Below, piece after piece: positions 1-9,185 of a DNA stretch of 64,000 nucleotides. The notes under the pieces are model-generated. The model did no database searches, had not been told where the DNA came from, and worked only from the letters and a program-made list of their open reading frames with translations. Position 1 is the first letter of the stretch. Each line of letters opens with the position of its first letter. The position numbers and the translations under genes are program-made. Origin of the DNA: Candidatus Uhrbacteria bacterium (GTDB lineage: Bacteria > Patescibacteriota > Patescibacteriia > UBA9934); contig DOZH01000005.1 of assembly GCA_003518105.1 (NCBI GenBank), positions 40,513 through 104,512 of the forward strand, given 5' to 3'.

Positions 1-1244
1 AGGCGTTTTTCCCTACTCTTTCCTAGCAAATCATCGGTCTGGAGGTCGAAGTATTCAGCTACTACACCAATCAACTGTCGAGCGGTTACTGTTTTTTTTG
101 CATTTTCGCTCTCGAAGCTAGCGAGTATTGGTTTGACGCTCTCAAGCGACGGCACCAGATTCTTAAACTGGTGAAAGGCAATGATCTTGGTTAACGCTCC
201 TTCTAATTCACGAATGTTGGAATAAATGACGCTAGCGACGTAGTGCAAAATGTCCCTATCGAGTAACACGCCTTTCTCTAGACACTTCTTTTGCAAAATA
301 GCTATCCGCGTTTCCAAGTCTGGCGTACCAATGTCGACGAGCATCCCCCATTCCAAGCGTGACTGTAGGCGCTTCTCGAGGGGCTGAATAGCCTTTGGTG
401 CCCGATCGGATGTAATGACAATCTGACGGTTGTCCTGATGGAGCGCATTGAAGGTATGAAAGAACTCCTCCTGTGTGGCGTCCTTACCCGAAATGAACTG
501 AATATCGTCGACCAGGAACAAATCGACGTTACGATACCTATCCTTAAACTCCTTACCCTTTCCTAAGCGCACCGAGTGAATGAAATCATTCGTGAAATGT
601 TCACAGGTGACGTAGAGAATGCGACAATTCGGGTTTTGCCTGCGCATTTCGTTCGCAATAGCGTGTAGTAAATGCGTTTTACCAAGGCCGACGCCACCAT
701 AAATGAATAATGGATTATACGTTCCACCCGGTTGCGCGGCCACTGCTTGAGCTGCTGCATGAGCCAATTCGTTCTGCTTACCAACAACAAAGTTACTAAA
801 AGTATAATTCGCGTTGATCGCAATGTTACTAGTTGGCGTATCAGTTTTAGCGCTCGCCCCACTGTCCGTCTGAATAAAACCGTAATCTTCTTGCTGACGT
901 GGCGGCTGCTGCACTACTAGAACTGGCGCTTCTTTCAAGACGACGGCTGCCGCGGGCTTCGCCTTGGTTTCAATATGATAAGTCAGACTCCGCACCGGCT
1001 CCTGCGTCACGTTTTGCAGTGATTCCAAAATCTCGCGATGATATTTCTTTTCGAGCCACGTCAACGTAAAATTATTTGGTACACCAATGGTCACCTGACC
1101 ATTATGGTACTCACTAATAAAGGTATCGCGGAACCAGGTAGTAAAATTAGCTCGGCTAAGTTTGAGCTCAACCTCACCTAGTACTGCCTGCCAGAGCTCG
1201 TGAGTGTTCATAAGGCTGCGGCTCTCACCATTATTAGTGCCCAT
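1..1244 (-). CDS. dnaA: Chromosomal replication initiator DnaA (C-terminal end runs off the window)
   Basis: Absent from the ORF track because it is open at the window edge. My reverse translation gives MGTNNGESRSLMNTHELWQAVLGEVELKLSRANFTTWF, Walker A YNPLFIYGGVGLGKTHLLHA (about 665-720) and RNVDLFLVDDIQFISGKD (about 485-540). Alternative start at 1211. Confidence 0.9.
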   Translation of the reverse strand, partial: MGTNNGESRSLMNTHELWQAVLGEVELKLSRANFTTWFRDTFISEYHNGQVTIGVPNNFTLTWLEKKYHREILESLQNVTQEPVRSLTYHIETKAKPAAAVVLKEAPVLVVQQPPRQQEDYGFIQTDSGASAKTDTPTSNIAINANYTFSNFVVGKQNELAHAAAQAVAAQPGGTYNPLFIYGGVGLGKTHLLHAIANEMRRQNPNCRILYVTCEHFTNDFIHSVRLGKGKEFKDRYRNVDLFLVDDIQFISGKDATQEEFFHTFNALHQDNRQIVITSDRAPKAIQPLEKRLQSRLEWGMLVDIGTPDLETRIAILQKKCLEKGVLLDRDILHYVASVIYSNIRELEGALTKIIAFHQFKNLVPSLESVKPILASFESENAKKTVTARQLIGVVAEYFDLQTDDLLGKSREKR

Positions 1245-1285
1245 AAACCAGAGCACCTATCCCAACTGTGAGCATAATAGCCTAC

Positions 1286-1383
1286 ATATCCACAGGCTTC
1301 AACCAGCCAGTCTGTGACTTGAAGGTGGATAGATTTGTGGATAACTTAGCCAAAACTGTGGATAAAGTGTGGAGTTATCCACA
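1286..1383. promoter_or_regulatory. oriC-type DnaA-box cluster between dnaA and rpmH
   Basis: Perfect TTATCCACA or its complement at 1336-1344, 1357-1365 and 1375-1383. Variants ATATCCACA at 1286-1294 and GGTGGATAG at 1324-1332. Confidence 0.75.
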
Positions 1384-1430
1384 ATTACCGCTCTTGCGCC
1401 TTCTGAAAACCCTCATCTAGCGGCCCGACT

Positions 1431-1459
1431 TTGACAATAATCCCTATTTTAACTATACT
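1431..1459 (+). promoter_or_regulatory. sigma70-like promoter upstream of rpmH
   Basis: TTGACA (1431-1436), 17-nt spacer, TATACT (1454-1459). Confidence 0.45.
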
Positions 1460-1521
1460 CTCCAGGACTTTTCAATCACATCAGGAACATTCTCTAAAGA
1501 GACTGACCTGCTCATTCATTT

Positions 1522-1674
1522 ATGCCTAAGCGAACTTACCAACCGAAGAAAAAAACTCGCGCGCGAGTTCATGGCTTCCGTAAGCGTATGTTGACCAAAG
1601 ATGGTCGTGCAACGCTCAAACGACGCCGTGCTAAGGGTCGCAAACGCCTAGTCGTTGCCGCCCGCCCACGCTAA
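1522..1674 (+). CDS. rpmH: 50S ribosomal protein L34
   Basis: Read by hand (50 aa, below the ORF-track cutoff): [50 protein letters not shown]. Canonical position next to rnpA. Confidence 0.9.
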   Translation: MPKRTYQPKKKTRARVHGFRKRMLTKDGRATLKRRRAKGRKRLVVAARPR

Positions 1675-1682
1675 ACATATTT

Positions 1683-1712
1683 TCCGGGCTGTTAAAGGCC
1701 CGGATTTATGTT
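1683..1712 (+). terminator. Hairpin plus T-rich tail after rpmH
   Basis: TCCGGGC-tgttaaa-GCCCGGA followed by TTTATGTTT. Confidence 0.35.
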
Positions 1713-1739
1713 TCAAGCTATTTCGACTATACTCTCCCT

Positions 1740-2126
1740 ATGTTCCCAATGGTTCACCGCCTCCGCCACGAAAAAGATGTCGCCCGCGTGCTGAAAAGCA
1801 AAAAGGGCGCCTTTGATTCAGCGTGCGGTATAAAAATGACCCCGAACGGCTTAGCCATCTCTCGCTTTAGCGTGGTCGTCGGCAAAAAGGTCAGCAAAAG
1901 CGCCGTCGTCCGCAATCGCATTCGCCGCCAATACCGCGAAATCATTCGCCTCCGCATTCCTCTCCTCTCCACCGGTTACGACGTCCTCTTCCTCACCGCC
2001 AAGCCTGCCTTAACTCTCGATTATGCGCAAAAAGAAGCTGGTCTCCTTCGCACGCTCCGTAAGGCAGGGCTACTTACTGCTAGCCACAGCGCCAATCCTG
2101 CTCTACCAAAAAACCCTGTCGTTTGA
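1740..2126 (+). CDS. rnpA: Ribonuclease P protein component
   Basis: 128-aa basic ORF directly after rpmH. RNase P protein-like core ([27 protein letters not shown]). Confidence 0.85.
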   Translation: MFPMVHRLRHEKDVARVLKSKKGAFDSACGIKMTPNGLAISRFSVVVGKKVSKSAVVRNRIRRQYREIIRLRIPLLSTGYDVLFLTAKPALTLDYAQKEAGLLRTLRKAGLLTASHSANPALPKNPVV

Positions 2127-2301
2127 TCACGGGCCAATGAAAGGTCTCTACCCTTACGGTTACTGCCCTTTCTATCCATCTTGCTCAGAATATTGTCGTC
2201 TCTCCATCCTTCGCTACGGCCTCATCGGCGGCATCGCCAAAGGCAGCTATCGAATCCTTCGTTGCCACCCCCTTACCAAAGGCGGCGTTGATCTGCCGTA
2301 G
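2023..2301 (+). CDS. yidD: Membrane protein insertion efficiency factor YidD
   Basis: YidD-like [45 protein letters not shown]. Overlaps the rnpA 3' end in another frame; the true start is uncertain. Confidence 0.8.
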   Translation: MRKKKLVSFARSVRQGYLLLATAPILLYQKTLSFDHGPMKGLYPYGYCPFYPSCSEYCRLSILRYGLIGGIAKGSYRILRCHPLTKGGVDLP

Positions 2302-2337
2302 TGAATACGCTCAACGTATTCACTACTTATCAACAGT

Positions 2338-2589
2338 TTATTGCCCCAAATTTTTCAGCGAAGTCCCGTCTGGTAGTTCAAGATGCTTTACTTTACTTGC
2401 GTGTCCTCTTTTTAATATCACAAACATTTTCGCCATTTTCAAGCTCTTCGCCACAAACGCCACCAACTCCTCATTCGCCTTTCCCTCCGTGGCCGGCGCA
2501 TGAATGGCTATCACCACTGTGCCCGAATCAAGCCAGCCTGTGACTTTTGTCTCCTTGGCATTCGGTTTGACATGCACGGTCAGGATCAT
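2338..2589 (-). CDS. DUF167 (YggU-like) protein
   Basis: 83 aa: VHVKPNAKETKVTGW...IAIHAPATEGKANEELVAFVAKSL, the typical YggU/DUF167 pattern. 4-nt overlap with the upstream regulator gene. Confidence 0.7.
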   Translation of the reverse strand: MILTVHVKPNAKETKVTGWLDSGTVVIAIHAPATEGKANEELVAFVAKSLKMAKMFVILKRGHASKVKHLELPDGTSLKNLGQ

Positions 2590-3425
2590 AGAGTAAAATT
2601 ACTAGTCGACGGCCGTTCAGCTTGAAACCACAGGTAATCAAAGACACTTTTCATCATCGTCGCTATCACATCGTCCTCAATCCTAATCGCCAATAAATTT
2701 TCCGGTTGCCAAAATATTACCTTATCCGCAAAAAAATGAAACGACGCTTTAAATGGATTCATACCGGTCAAAATCCTAGTTTCTCGCATATTCTCCCTAT
2801 CCTCGACCGCAATTCTATCCGCATTCGGCCCGGCTAAGGTTAATGTTCGTGACGTCAGCCCGCGCTTCACTCGTTCTTTTAGATATTCTCGCTGATCGTC
2901 CAGGTCGATTAGATTTAGAAAGTCATCCACATTGCCAAAGAAATCCAATCCATCCTTACCCTCATCCAACATTCCAAAGAACGCTCCAATATATTGCCCG
3001 CGGCCCTGATAAATTCGCACATGACTCGGTAAATCCCCTCGTTGATATTTACTTAACAAATCAGGTAGTAAAGACGCCAGGTTCTGTTTAGTTTTCTTAT
3101 CTCTTTCCAGCTTTTTCTCTAACAAATCCGCCACAAACGTCGGCGACGCTACTGAAAATCGTTTGAGTTTTCCACCGGCTGGCAAAGCAGCCAAACCCTT
3201 ATTTTCCAAGCCTTTAATCAGTTTATAAATATTTGGCCGCGAAATTCCCAATTTAGTGGCCAACTGGCCCAGCGGATGGGGCCCAATCTCTAGACTCACT
3301 ACATATAACTGAGCTTCCCCCTCTGTCAGTCCAAGTTGCCGTAACGCTTCGTATATTGCCAATTTATCATTTTGTCCTGTTTTCACCGCCATATAATCGA
3401 TTAACTGTATAACACTACTATACAT
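2586..3425 (-). CDS. TrmB-family HTH transcriptional regulator (paralog 1 of 6)
   Basis: N-terminal winged HTH LGLTEGEAQLYVVSLEIGPHPLGQLATKLGISRPNIYKLIKGLENKGL. C-terminal domain alignable by eye with the five other paralogs (closest to 34503..35279). Confidence 0.75.
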   Translation of the reverse strand: MYSSVIQLIDYMAVKTGQNDKLAIYEALRQLGLTEGEAQLYVVSLEIGPHPLGQLATKLGISRPNIYKLIKGLENKGLAALPAGGKLKRFSVASPTFVADLLEKKLERDKKTKQNLASLLPDLLSKYQRGDLPSHVRIYQGRGQYIGAFFGMLDEGKDGLDFFGNVDDFLNLIDLDDQREYLKERVKRGLTSRTLTLAGPNADRIAVEDRENMRETRILTGMNPFKASFHFFADKVIFWQPENLLAIRIEDDVIATMMKSVFDYLWFQAERPSTSNFTL

Positions 3426-3449
3426 TAATAGCTTATACCCAGCAATGCA

Positions 3450-3478
3450 TTGATTTTATTGTAAATTAATGATATAGT
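3450..3478 (+). promoter_or_regulatory. sigma70-like promoter of cargo operon 1
   Basis: TTGATT, 17-nt spacer, TATAGT. Lies in the AT-rich divergent region. Confidence 0.45.
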
Positions 3479-3580
3479 ATCATGTCGGATGTGAAATGTT
3501 CTCTCGTCCGAATACCAAAAACAGAAGAGACGAAAACCTTAATCCCACCAGCTATGTCGCTCGAAACCCAGGAGATCCCC

Positions 3581-4426
3581 ATGAATAATCTCGAAGTCTA
3601 TCGTCATCGTCTCGATTGTGAGTTGCAGCGCGCCAAGGCTCGTTTGGCCGAACTTCCGGTTGGTGAGGCCATCGAGGATTTCGATATCCGGGGTGAACTC
3701 TACGGCCTGGCTTGTGAGATCGCACCCCGTGCTCGTCAGGGTGACTTGCTAGCTATGCGCGAGTGGATGAACATCCGTGGCAACGAACGCATCGTCGACT
3801 TGGCTGCTGGCACCGGCTTCTTTACCAAAGACTTCTTATCACAAACCGCTGGCGAAGTTATCGCCGTTGATCCAAGCCAGATGCAGCTCGGCGTACTCGA
3901 TAAGGTTTGTGCTGGCCGTGCCCGTCTTTTGTTGGGCAGTCCTGACAGTCAGCAGGATATGTCGGTCATATCCGACACCAGTGTGGACGTGGTGTCGAGT
4001 TTCGGCGGGCTTCACCATGTCGCAGATCAACGAACCATGCTCGAGGAAGTTGCCCGTATCCTCAAGCCTGGCGGTCAGTTCACCGCCGCTGACGTCTGCG
4101 CTAACACCGCACTCGCTCGTCACTTTGATGAGTTCGTTGCCGCCAAGTGTCTTACCGGCCACACCGCCCAGTGGTTAGACGAGGCTAAATTGCGTGAGCT
4201 CGCCTCTGGCTTGCCCTTGCAGCTCGAACGAGTTGCCACTGTCCCACTCACCTGGAAGTTCGCCTCGCCCACAGAAATAGCTCTATTCTTCAAAGGCCTG
4301 CACGCCTACGATCTGAGCGAGCAGGAAATTATCGAAGACCTTAAGGCAGCCCTCGGCTTCACCACCGAGAACGGCCTGATCTGCCTCAACTGGCCCATGG
4401 TCTTCTTCCGTTTTGTTCGCATCTAA
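3581..4426 (+). CDS. Class I SAM-dependent methyltransferase (GC-rich cargo 1)
   Basis: Motif I VDLAAGTGFFTKDF and LKPGGQF. The ORF is open from 3482, but the GC shift and GGAG at 3571-3574 favour ATG 3581. Confidence 0.75.
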   Translation: MNNLEVYRHRLDCELQRAKARLAELPVGEAIEDFDIRGELYGLACEIAPRARQGDLLAMREWMNIRGNERIVDLAAGTGFFTKDFLSQTAGEVIAVDPSQMQLGVLDKVCAGRARLLLGSPDSQQDMSVISDTSVDVVSSFGGLHHVADQRTMLEEVARILKPGGQFTAADVCANTALARHFDEFVAAKCLTGHTAQWLDEAKLRELASGLPLQLERVATVPLTWKFASPTEIALFFKGLHAYDLSEQEIIEDLKAALGFTTENGLICLNWPMVFFRFVRI

Positions 4427-4437
4427 ACACTAACGTA

Positions 4438-4472
4438 ACAGCCGCCCGGGAGGAGCGGCTGTTTACCTTTTA
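4438..4472. terminator. Bidirectional hairpin terminator between the methyltransferase and nfo
   Basis: ACAGCCGC-ccgggagga-GCGGCTGT followed by TTTACCTTTT. Confidence 0.55.
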
Positions 4473-4478
4473 TAACAA

Positions 4479-5333
4479 TTATTTATCACCTCTAAATTTC
4501 TTCAACAACTTCATATCCTCTTCCCTGTTCCCCGGCTCCTCTTCATCATCAAACGGCGTTTCAAGAATCAGGTCAATATGCTTTAACTTCGGGTGCTCAA
4601 CCAAATATTTAAATGCATCCGCGCCAATAAAGCCATGTCCTAAATGCTGGTGCCTATCTTTATGTGCCTCAAATTCCACCTTACTATCATTACAATGACT
4701 CGCCACTAACTTATCGAGCCCAATAATCCTATCAAAATCAGCAAAAGTTTTGTCGACGTCGGCCTTGGTCCGCAAATCATAACCACTAGCAAAAGCATGT
4801 TGCGTATCAAAACACACGCCAATCTTCTTACCCCGCTCAGCACCAGCAATAAACGCCGCAATTTCTTCGAACGAATCACCCATTACCGCCCCAGCGCCGG
4901 CACTTATTTCGATGAGTAACTGGCAACTACCCGTATACCCATCCATTATTCGGTCGAGGCCCTTAATCACCAACTCCCTCCCCTCCTCCTCACCAACTTC
5001 CTTAGCACTCCCCGGATGAAACATGATCGCCTTCGCTCCTAACTGCGAGCCTCTTTCTAATTCCTCCCGCAAAATCTTCACACTCCCAAACCGCGTTGTA
5101 TTCTTCGCACTCGCCAAATTCACAATATACGGCGCATGAATATACACGTCCTTAATCCCATTCTCTTTCATCGCATTTTTGAACATCTCAGCCTCCTCGT
5201 CCGTAATCGGCTTAGCCGCAAACGCCTGTGGGGACCTCGAAAATATCTGTATCACCTCGCACCCCAACTCCTTCCCTCTTTCTCCCGCCTTCCACAACCC
5301 TCCCGCCGCACTAACATGAGCCCCAAAGCGCAT
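4479..5333 (-). CDS. nfo: Deoxyribonuclease IV (AP endonuclease family 2)
   Basis: MRFGAHVSAAGGL...EVIQIFSRSPQ...HAPYIVNLAS...HCNDSK, typical Nfo. Confidence 0.85.
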   Translation of the reverse strand: MRFGAHVSAAGGLWKAGERGKELGCEVIQIFSRSPQAFAAKPITDEEAEMFKNAMKENGIKDVYIHAPYIVNLASAKNTTRFGSVKILREELERGSQLGAKAIMFHPGSAKEVGEEEGRELVIKGLDRIMDGYTGSCQLLIEISAGAGAVMGDSFEEIAAFIAGAERGKKIGVCFDTQHAFASGYDLRTKADVDKTFADFDRIIGLDKLVASHCNDSKVEFEAHKDRHQHLGHGFIGADAFKYLVEHPKLKHIDLILETPFDDEEEPGNREEDMKLLKKFRGDK

Positions 5334-5342
5334 AAAATATGT

Positions 5343-5873
5343 TTAAGAGTTATCCTTAAAGCCAATCGGTTCACGCTCTTCTTCAACAAAAATCCCCTTC
5401 TTTTTCTTATTGTTTCGTCTTTGTAAGGCATCGAACACAATCCTAAACTGTTCATCGTAAGTCTTCTCCATAAACTCTACACGGAGACGAAGATGTTGAT
5501 CGTCTTGCGACATATTCCTGATACTAACAAAGGTTCTCATTATCTGAATATTAATCGCTATCGCCCGTTTGCTTGTTAATACACTAGATAGCATGGCGAC
5601 TCCTTGTTCTGTAAACATCAGTGGTTTATAGCGCAAACCTTGTTTATCAGCTTTGGAGGTCACAAATTGTGACCTCCAATTTTTCAGCTCAATCGCCGTC
5701 ATTTCGAATATAAAATCAGCAGGAAATCTAGATAAGTTACGTTTTACAGCCTGCTTTAACCGCTTTGTTTCGACACCATATAGTTTCGCTAAATCACGAT
5801 CCATCATGACCTTAGTTTCTCTCAAGACATAAATTTTATTTTCAATTAGCTCAACTGGTAGTAATGCCTTCAT
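5343..5873 (-). CDS. ORF6N-domain (KilA-N-like) DNA-binding protein
   Basis: IENKIYVLRETKVMMDRDLAKLYGVETKRLKQAVKRNLSRFPADFIFEMT matches the ORF6N pattern common in mobile or phage contexts. Confidence 0.7.
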   Translation of the reverse strand: MKALLPVELIENKIYVLRETKVMMDRDLAKLYGVETKRLKQAVKRNLSRFPADFIFEMTAIELKNWRSQFVTSKADKQGLRYKPLMFTEQGVAMLSSVLTSKRAIAINIQIMRTFVSIRNMSQDDQHLRLRVEFMEKTYDEQFRIVFDALQRRNNKKKKGIFVEEEREPIGFKDNS

Positions 5874-5992
5874 ATAAATTTCTAAAATATTTTCGATATC
5901 ACAAATTGCGATATCGAGTTCAATACTGTAATTCTACCACACCTCCTTCCCTCATCTCCCCAACCCGAGTACAGTTTCCCTCGGAGTCCACC

Positions 5993-6493
5993 ATGACACT
6001 CACATCCCATCAGTTCGTCGCCCACGCCCACAATCTCGCTGACCTCGGCATCGAGGCTCTTCACCCCGACGCCACCTCAGCCGTCCTCAAGTTCCTGGCC
6101 ATCCTTGAGAACAGCACCGTTCATATCATCATGGCCGACACCACCCAGCACCGCGCTCTGGCCTTGCTGCACTACTGTTCATATCGCGAGGAGATTCTGC
6201 GCACCTGGTATGCTCGGGCCCTCGCCGACCCCAATCCTCACTACCCACGCGAAATCTTTCGCTACGTTTACGTCGGGGCTGGCTGGATCTCGCCCGGAAT
6301 CAAAAACCTGGTGCATGTCCCAGCCCAGGACGTCATCCAAGGCTGGAAATCTCCCAGTCTGCAGGTCGACACCACGCCCGAGTGGCAGGCCCTGCTCACT
6401 CCTCACCTTTTGGCCAACGTGGCCGCCACCGTCGAGCCTTCCCTCACCCTCTCCCGTGCCCTCCGCGCTGCCCCTCACCCCGATGACTTCTAA
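5993..6493 (+). CDS. Hypothetical protein (GC-rich orphan)
   Basis: ORF open from 5864. GGAGTCCACCATG places the likely start at 5993. No recognisable motif. Other ORFs over this span look like GC-driven artefacts. Confidence 0.5.
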   Translation: MTLTSHQFVAHAHNLADLGIEALHPDATSAVLKFLAILENSTVHIIMADTTQHRALALLHYCSYREEILRTWYARALADPNPHYPREIFRYVYVGAGWISPGIKNLVHVPAQDVIQGWKSPSLQVDTTPEWQALLTPHLLANVAATVEPSLTLSRALRAAPHPDDF

Positions 6494-6548
6494 TCGTTCC
6501 CCTCCCTCACCGGGTGCCGCGTCTTACCGCGACATCCGGTCTTTCTTT

Positions 6549-7319
6549 TTACCTCCCCGCAAACTCCCAAGCCATCGCAAAAATCGACCTCTGCGTTTCG
6601 TACATCGCCCCGTCATGAATCAATATCCCACCATACGGCGACTTGTGGGACATTATTGCCACCTTGCCGTCATAAATTTTAATCTCATTCGGCATCGCAT
6701 AAGTCTTCGGTACCAACCTCACCTCACGCAATTCTTCTCTACTAGCTTCGAAAAACTTTTTGCCTACATTTCCCTCATTTAATATCGCTTGCGTCCTCAC
6801 CCCAGCCGCCGTTCGCCTAGCAATATAATCACTGTAGTATTCCTTTAAGTTAGCCACCACTAAATCCGCATCACCAAAAGTTAAAATAGTTTCCTTAGCC
6901 GTTAGCGTATCCTCGAGCACCGTTTTCACCCCCTCAATTCCCGGGTAATACTGCACTCTTGGCTGCTTGGACGACACCCGTCCGGACAACGCCCGTAAAT
7001 CTGGCAATGTCTTTCGCAGGTCCTCGACACTTCTCTCCGCCTGTTTCAATAACAAGTCCGGCTCTTTAGCATAGAACAACTGCGTGCCATTTGTCTCGGT
7101 GGATCCCACCAACCCCCGCTTTTCCATCGCCTTCAATCCAACGTAAGTAGTGGACCTATTCATGCCCGTCTTCCTAGCAATCACACTGGCCGGCGCCTCC
7201 CCCAAAGCAGTACAGGCCACATATAAATCCGCCTCAGTCTGACTCAGGCCGACATTTTTGAGCGTCTCAGTGTATGCAATAGCCATAGTTGTTATATATA
7301 GTAACAGTATATAACTCAA
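6549..7319 (-). CDS. TrmB-family HTH transcriptional regulator (paralog 2)
   Basis: LKNVGLSQTEADLYVACTALGEAPASVIARKTGMNRSTTYVGLKAMEKRGLV. Probable true start is the ATG at 7286 (MAIAYTE). Confidence 0.75.
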   Translation of the reverse strand: MSYILLLYITTMAIAYTETLKNVGLSQTEADLYVACTALGEAPASVIARKTGMNRSTTYVGLKAMEKRGLVGSTETNGTQLFYAKEPDLLLKQAERSVEDLRKTLPDLRALSGRVSSKQPRVQYYPGIEGVKTVLEDTLTAKETILTFGDADLVVANLKEYYSDYIARRTAAGVRTQAILNEGNVGKKFFEASREELREVRLVPKTYAMPNEIKIYDGKVAIMSHKSPYGGILIHDGAMYETQRSIFAMAWEFAGR

Positions 7320-7369
7320 TAATAAAGCTGTAAATAGGGCTTATACACAGCAACGCACACCACACAGTT

Positions 7370-7398
7370 ATTGAAATTAACACTAAAATATGGTATAG
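7370..7398 (+). promoter_or_regulatory. sigma70-like promoter of cargo operon 2
   Basis: TTGAAA, 17-nt spacer, TATAGT. Confidence 0.45.
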
Positions 7399-7476
7399 TA
7401 CTTTGTCGAGTGAGAGCGCTTCTGCTCACACTCGGCCCCACCACCCATCGCCGACAACCTCGGTACGGAGATTCAC

Positions 7477-7947
7477 ATGGACGCTTCCCTTACTTCCATT
7501 CTCGCCCCCGAAGCCCTCATGATCGACGGTGACGCACCGCCAGTCGAGCCCTACTGGGCACAACTCGGCAAGACAGTGCAAATGCCATGCGGCCAGGTTG
7601 ATCCTGCAACCCTTGTCTTCTTCCAGACAGAGGAGATGAAGAACGGTGATAGCACCCCTGGTCTCGACCTGTCGGACAAGATCCGCCAGGCCAAGCTCAA
7701 GCCTGTCAACGCCAACGTCGCCGTATTCCTTGAGGCCCATCAGGAGTTTCTGGCTAGCGTGCCGAGGGGAATCGATTACCTGGTTTTCACAGAATCGCAA
7801 TTCCTCCGCTGGAACAACCTTCCGTCCTTCCAGTGCTTGCGCCGATGGAAAGACGGGCGATGGTACCCCTTCGACTACATCACCTGGCAAAGATACGGTG
7901 GCGAGGACGCTGCCGTGGCCTTCCGAGTCGACGAACCCACCAAGTAG
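7477..7947 (+). CDS. Hypothetical protein, family A copy 1
   Basis: 156 aa. Paralog of 8616..9062: shared LMIDGDAxPxVEPxWA, PCGQVDP, LFQTEEMK and identical C-terminus VAFRVDEPTK. GGAGATTCACATG ribosome-binding context. Confidence 0.6.
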   Translation: MDASLTSILAPEALMIDGDAPPVEPYWAQLGKTVQMPCGQVDPATLVFFQTEEMKNGDSTPGLDLSDKIRQAKLKPVNANVAVFLEAHQEFLASVPRGIDYLVFTESQFLRWNNLPSFQCLRRWKDGRWYPFDYITWQRYGGEDAAVAFRVDEPTK

Positions 7948-7953
7948 GCCTCT

Positions 7954-8040
7954 GCGTGAGGGTCGAGTAGTGCACTCTACTCCCCTCGCGCCCCCTTCCG
8001 AGGCGTCGAATTATCGACGTTTCAGATCCGGTCAACCACT
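7954..8040 (+). promoter_or_regulatory. Intercistronic double-hairpin element, copy 1
   Basis: GCGTGAGGG-TC-GAGTAG-tgcact-CTACTC-C-CCTCGCGC, then CCCCTTCCGAGG, then CGTCGA-atta-TCGACG, then TTTCAGATCCGGTCAACCAC. Confidence 0.7.
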
Positions 8041-8068
8041 ACGCCGACAACTTCGGCACGGAGACAAC

Positions 8069-8422
8069 ATGTTGTTCGACACCATTACCAGCTTCATCAA
8101 GAATGGCGCTCCTCACCAACTCACTACTGGTGACCATCTCCTGTTCCTCCATCGGGGAAATCCTGGCAATAAGCACTACTCTCTCGAGGTTGTCTTCAGG
8201 ACGGGTGGTTATGGAGCTTCTAGCGGCGACATCTGCGCGGTCCACAATACCTGTGGTTTCGTGCAGAATATCGCGTACTTGCCGATTACCCGTCAGCGTT
8301 GGATCGACGTTCTTGCATCACAAGATCGTCTGGCTGATCGCCTGAACATCGACTTCGTTCTAGGTGAAGTTTCTCCAATGTTCTGCAACAACCTACTTTT
8401 CGACGTGAAGCCGAGGACGTAG
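8069..8422 (+). CDS. Hypothetical protein
   Basis: In-frame ATG preceded by CGGCACGGAGACAAC. 117 aa (MLFDTITSFIKNGAPHQL...). The longer 7646 start runs through the upstream gene and the element. Confidence 0.5.
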   Translation: MLFDTITSFIKNGAPHQLTTGDHLLFLHRGNPGNKHYSLEVVFRTGGYGASSGDICAVHNTCGFVQNIAYLPITRQRWIDVLASQDRLADRLNIDFVLGEVSPMFCNNLLFDVKPRT

Positions 8423-8450
8423 TTTTGGAGAATGCCTTACTAGGCAGTTC

Positions 8451-8490
8451 GCGTGAGGGTCGAGTGGTTTACTCCACTCCCCTCGAACCC
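8451..8490 (+). promoter_or_regulatory. Intercistronic element, degenerate hairpin-1-only copy
   Basis: GCGTGAGGGTC-GAGTGG-tttact-CCACTC-CCCTCGAACC. The lower stem is partly decayed. Confidence 0.5.
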
Positions 8491-8508
8491 ATTAGTGAAC
8501 AAACCCTC

Positions 8509-8600
8509 GCGTGAGGATCAAATGCTGCACCGCATTCTCCTCGCGCCCCCTTCCGAGGCGTCGAATAGTTCGACGTTTCAGATCTGGCCAACCACCCCAC
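8509..8600 (+). promoter_or_regulatory. Intercistronic double-hairpin element, copy 2
   Basis: GCGTGAGGA-TCA-AATGC-tgcacc-GCATT-C-TCCTCGCGC (compensated GAGGA/TCCTC), then CGTCGAA-tag-TTCGACG, then TTTCAGATCTGGCCAACCAC. Confidence 0.7.
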
Positions 8601-8615
8601 ATCCCAGGAGTTTCT

Positions 8616-9062
8616 ATGCTTACCAACCTCATGATCGACGGTGACGCGGCCCCAGAAGTCGAGCCTAACTGGGCTGTGGCTAGCAAGACCGCACACACTC
8701 CTTGCGGTCAGGTAGATCCCACCAAACTCATCTTATTCCAGACGGAAGAGATGAAAAGAGGTGGTCGTTCTGAGGGCACAGTGCTTTCTGACCTGGCTTG
8801 CCAGGCTGGGCTCAACCCCATGAACGCCAATGGGGCCACCTTCCTCAAGAGGCACAAAAAGTTCCTAGCCAAGGTTCCGAAGACGATCAAGTATCTGATT
8901 TTTCCAGAGACGAAATACTTCTGCGGAAATGGATTCTGGTTCTTTCTGTGCCTAGACAGGAGTGCTACCGGGAAGTGGGAATTCAAGCTGAATCGCATCG
9001 TCAACAGCTACTGCGGTCAGTGCGCAATCGTGGCTTTCCGAGTCGACGAACCCACCAAGTAA
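8616..9062 (+). CDS. Hypothetical protein, family A copy 2
   Basis: 148 aa from the ATG after GGAGTTTCT. Paralog of 7477..7947. Confidence 0.6.
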   Translation: MLTNLMIDGDAAPEVEPNWAVASKTAHTPCGQVDPTKLILFQTEEMKRGGRSEGTVLSDLACQAGLNPMNANGATFLKRHKKFLAKVPKTIKYLIFPETKYFCGNGFWFFLCLDRSATGKWEFKLNRIVNSYCGQCAIVAFRVDEPTK

Positions 9063-9068
9063 GCCCCT

Positions 9069-9155
9069 GCGTGAGGGTCGAGTGTTGCACCACACTCCCC
9101 TCGCGCCCCTTTCTGAGACGCCGAATAGTTCGACGTTTCAGATCTGGTCAACCAC
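9069..9155 (+). promoter_or_regulatory. Intercistronic double-hairpin element, copy 3
   Basis: GCGTGAGGGTC-GAGTGT-tgcacc-ACACTC-CCCTCGCGC, then CGCCGAA-tag-TTCGACG, then TTTCAGATCTGGTCAACCAC. Confidence 0.7.
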
Positions 9156-9185
9156 CACGCCGACATGATCGGCACGGAGCACATC

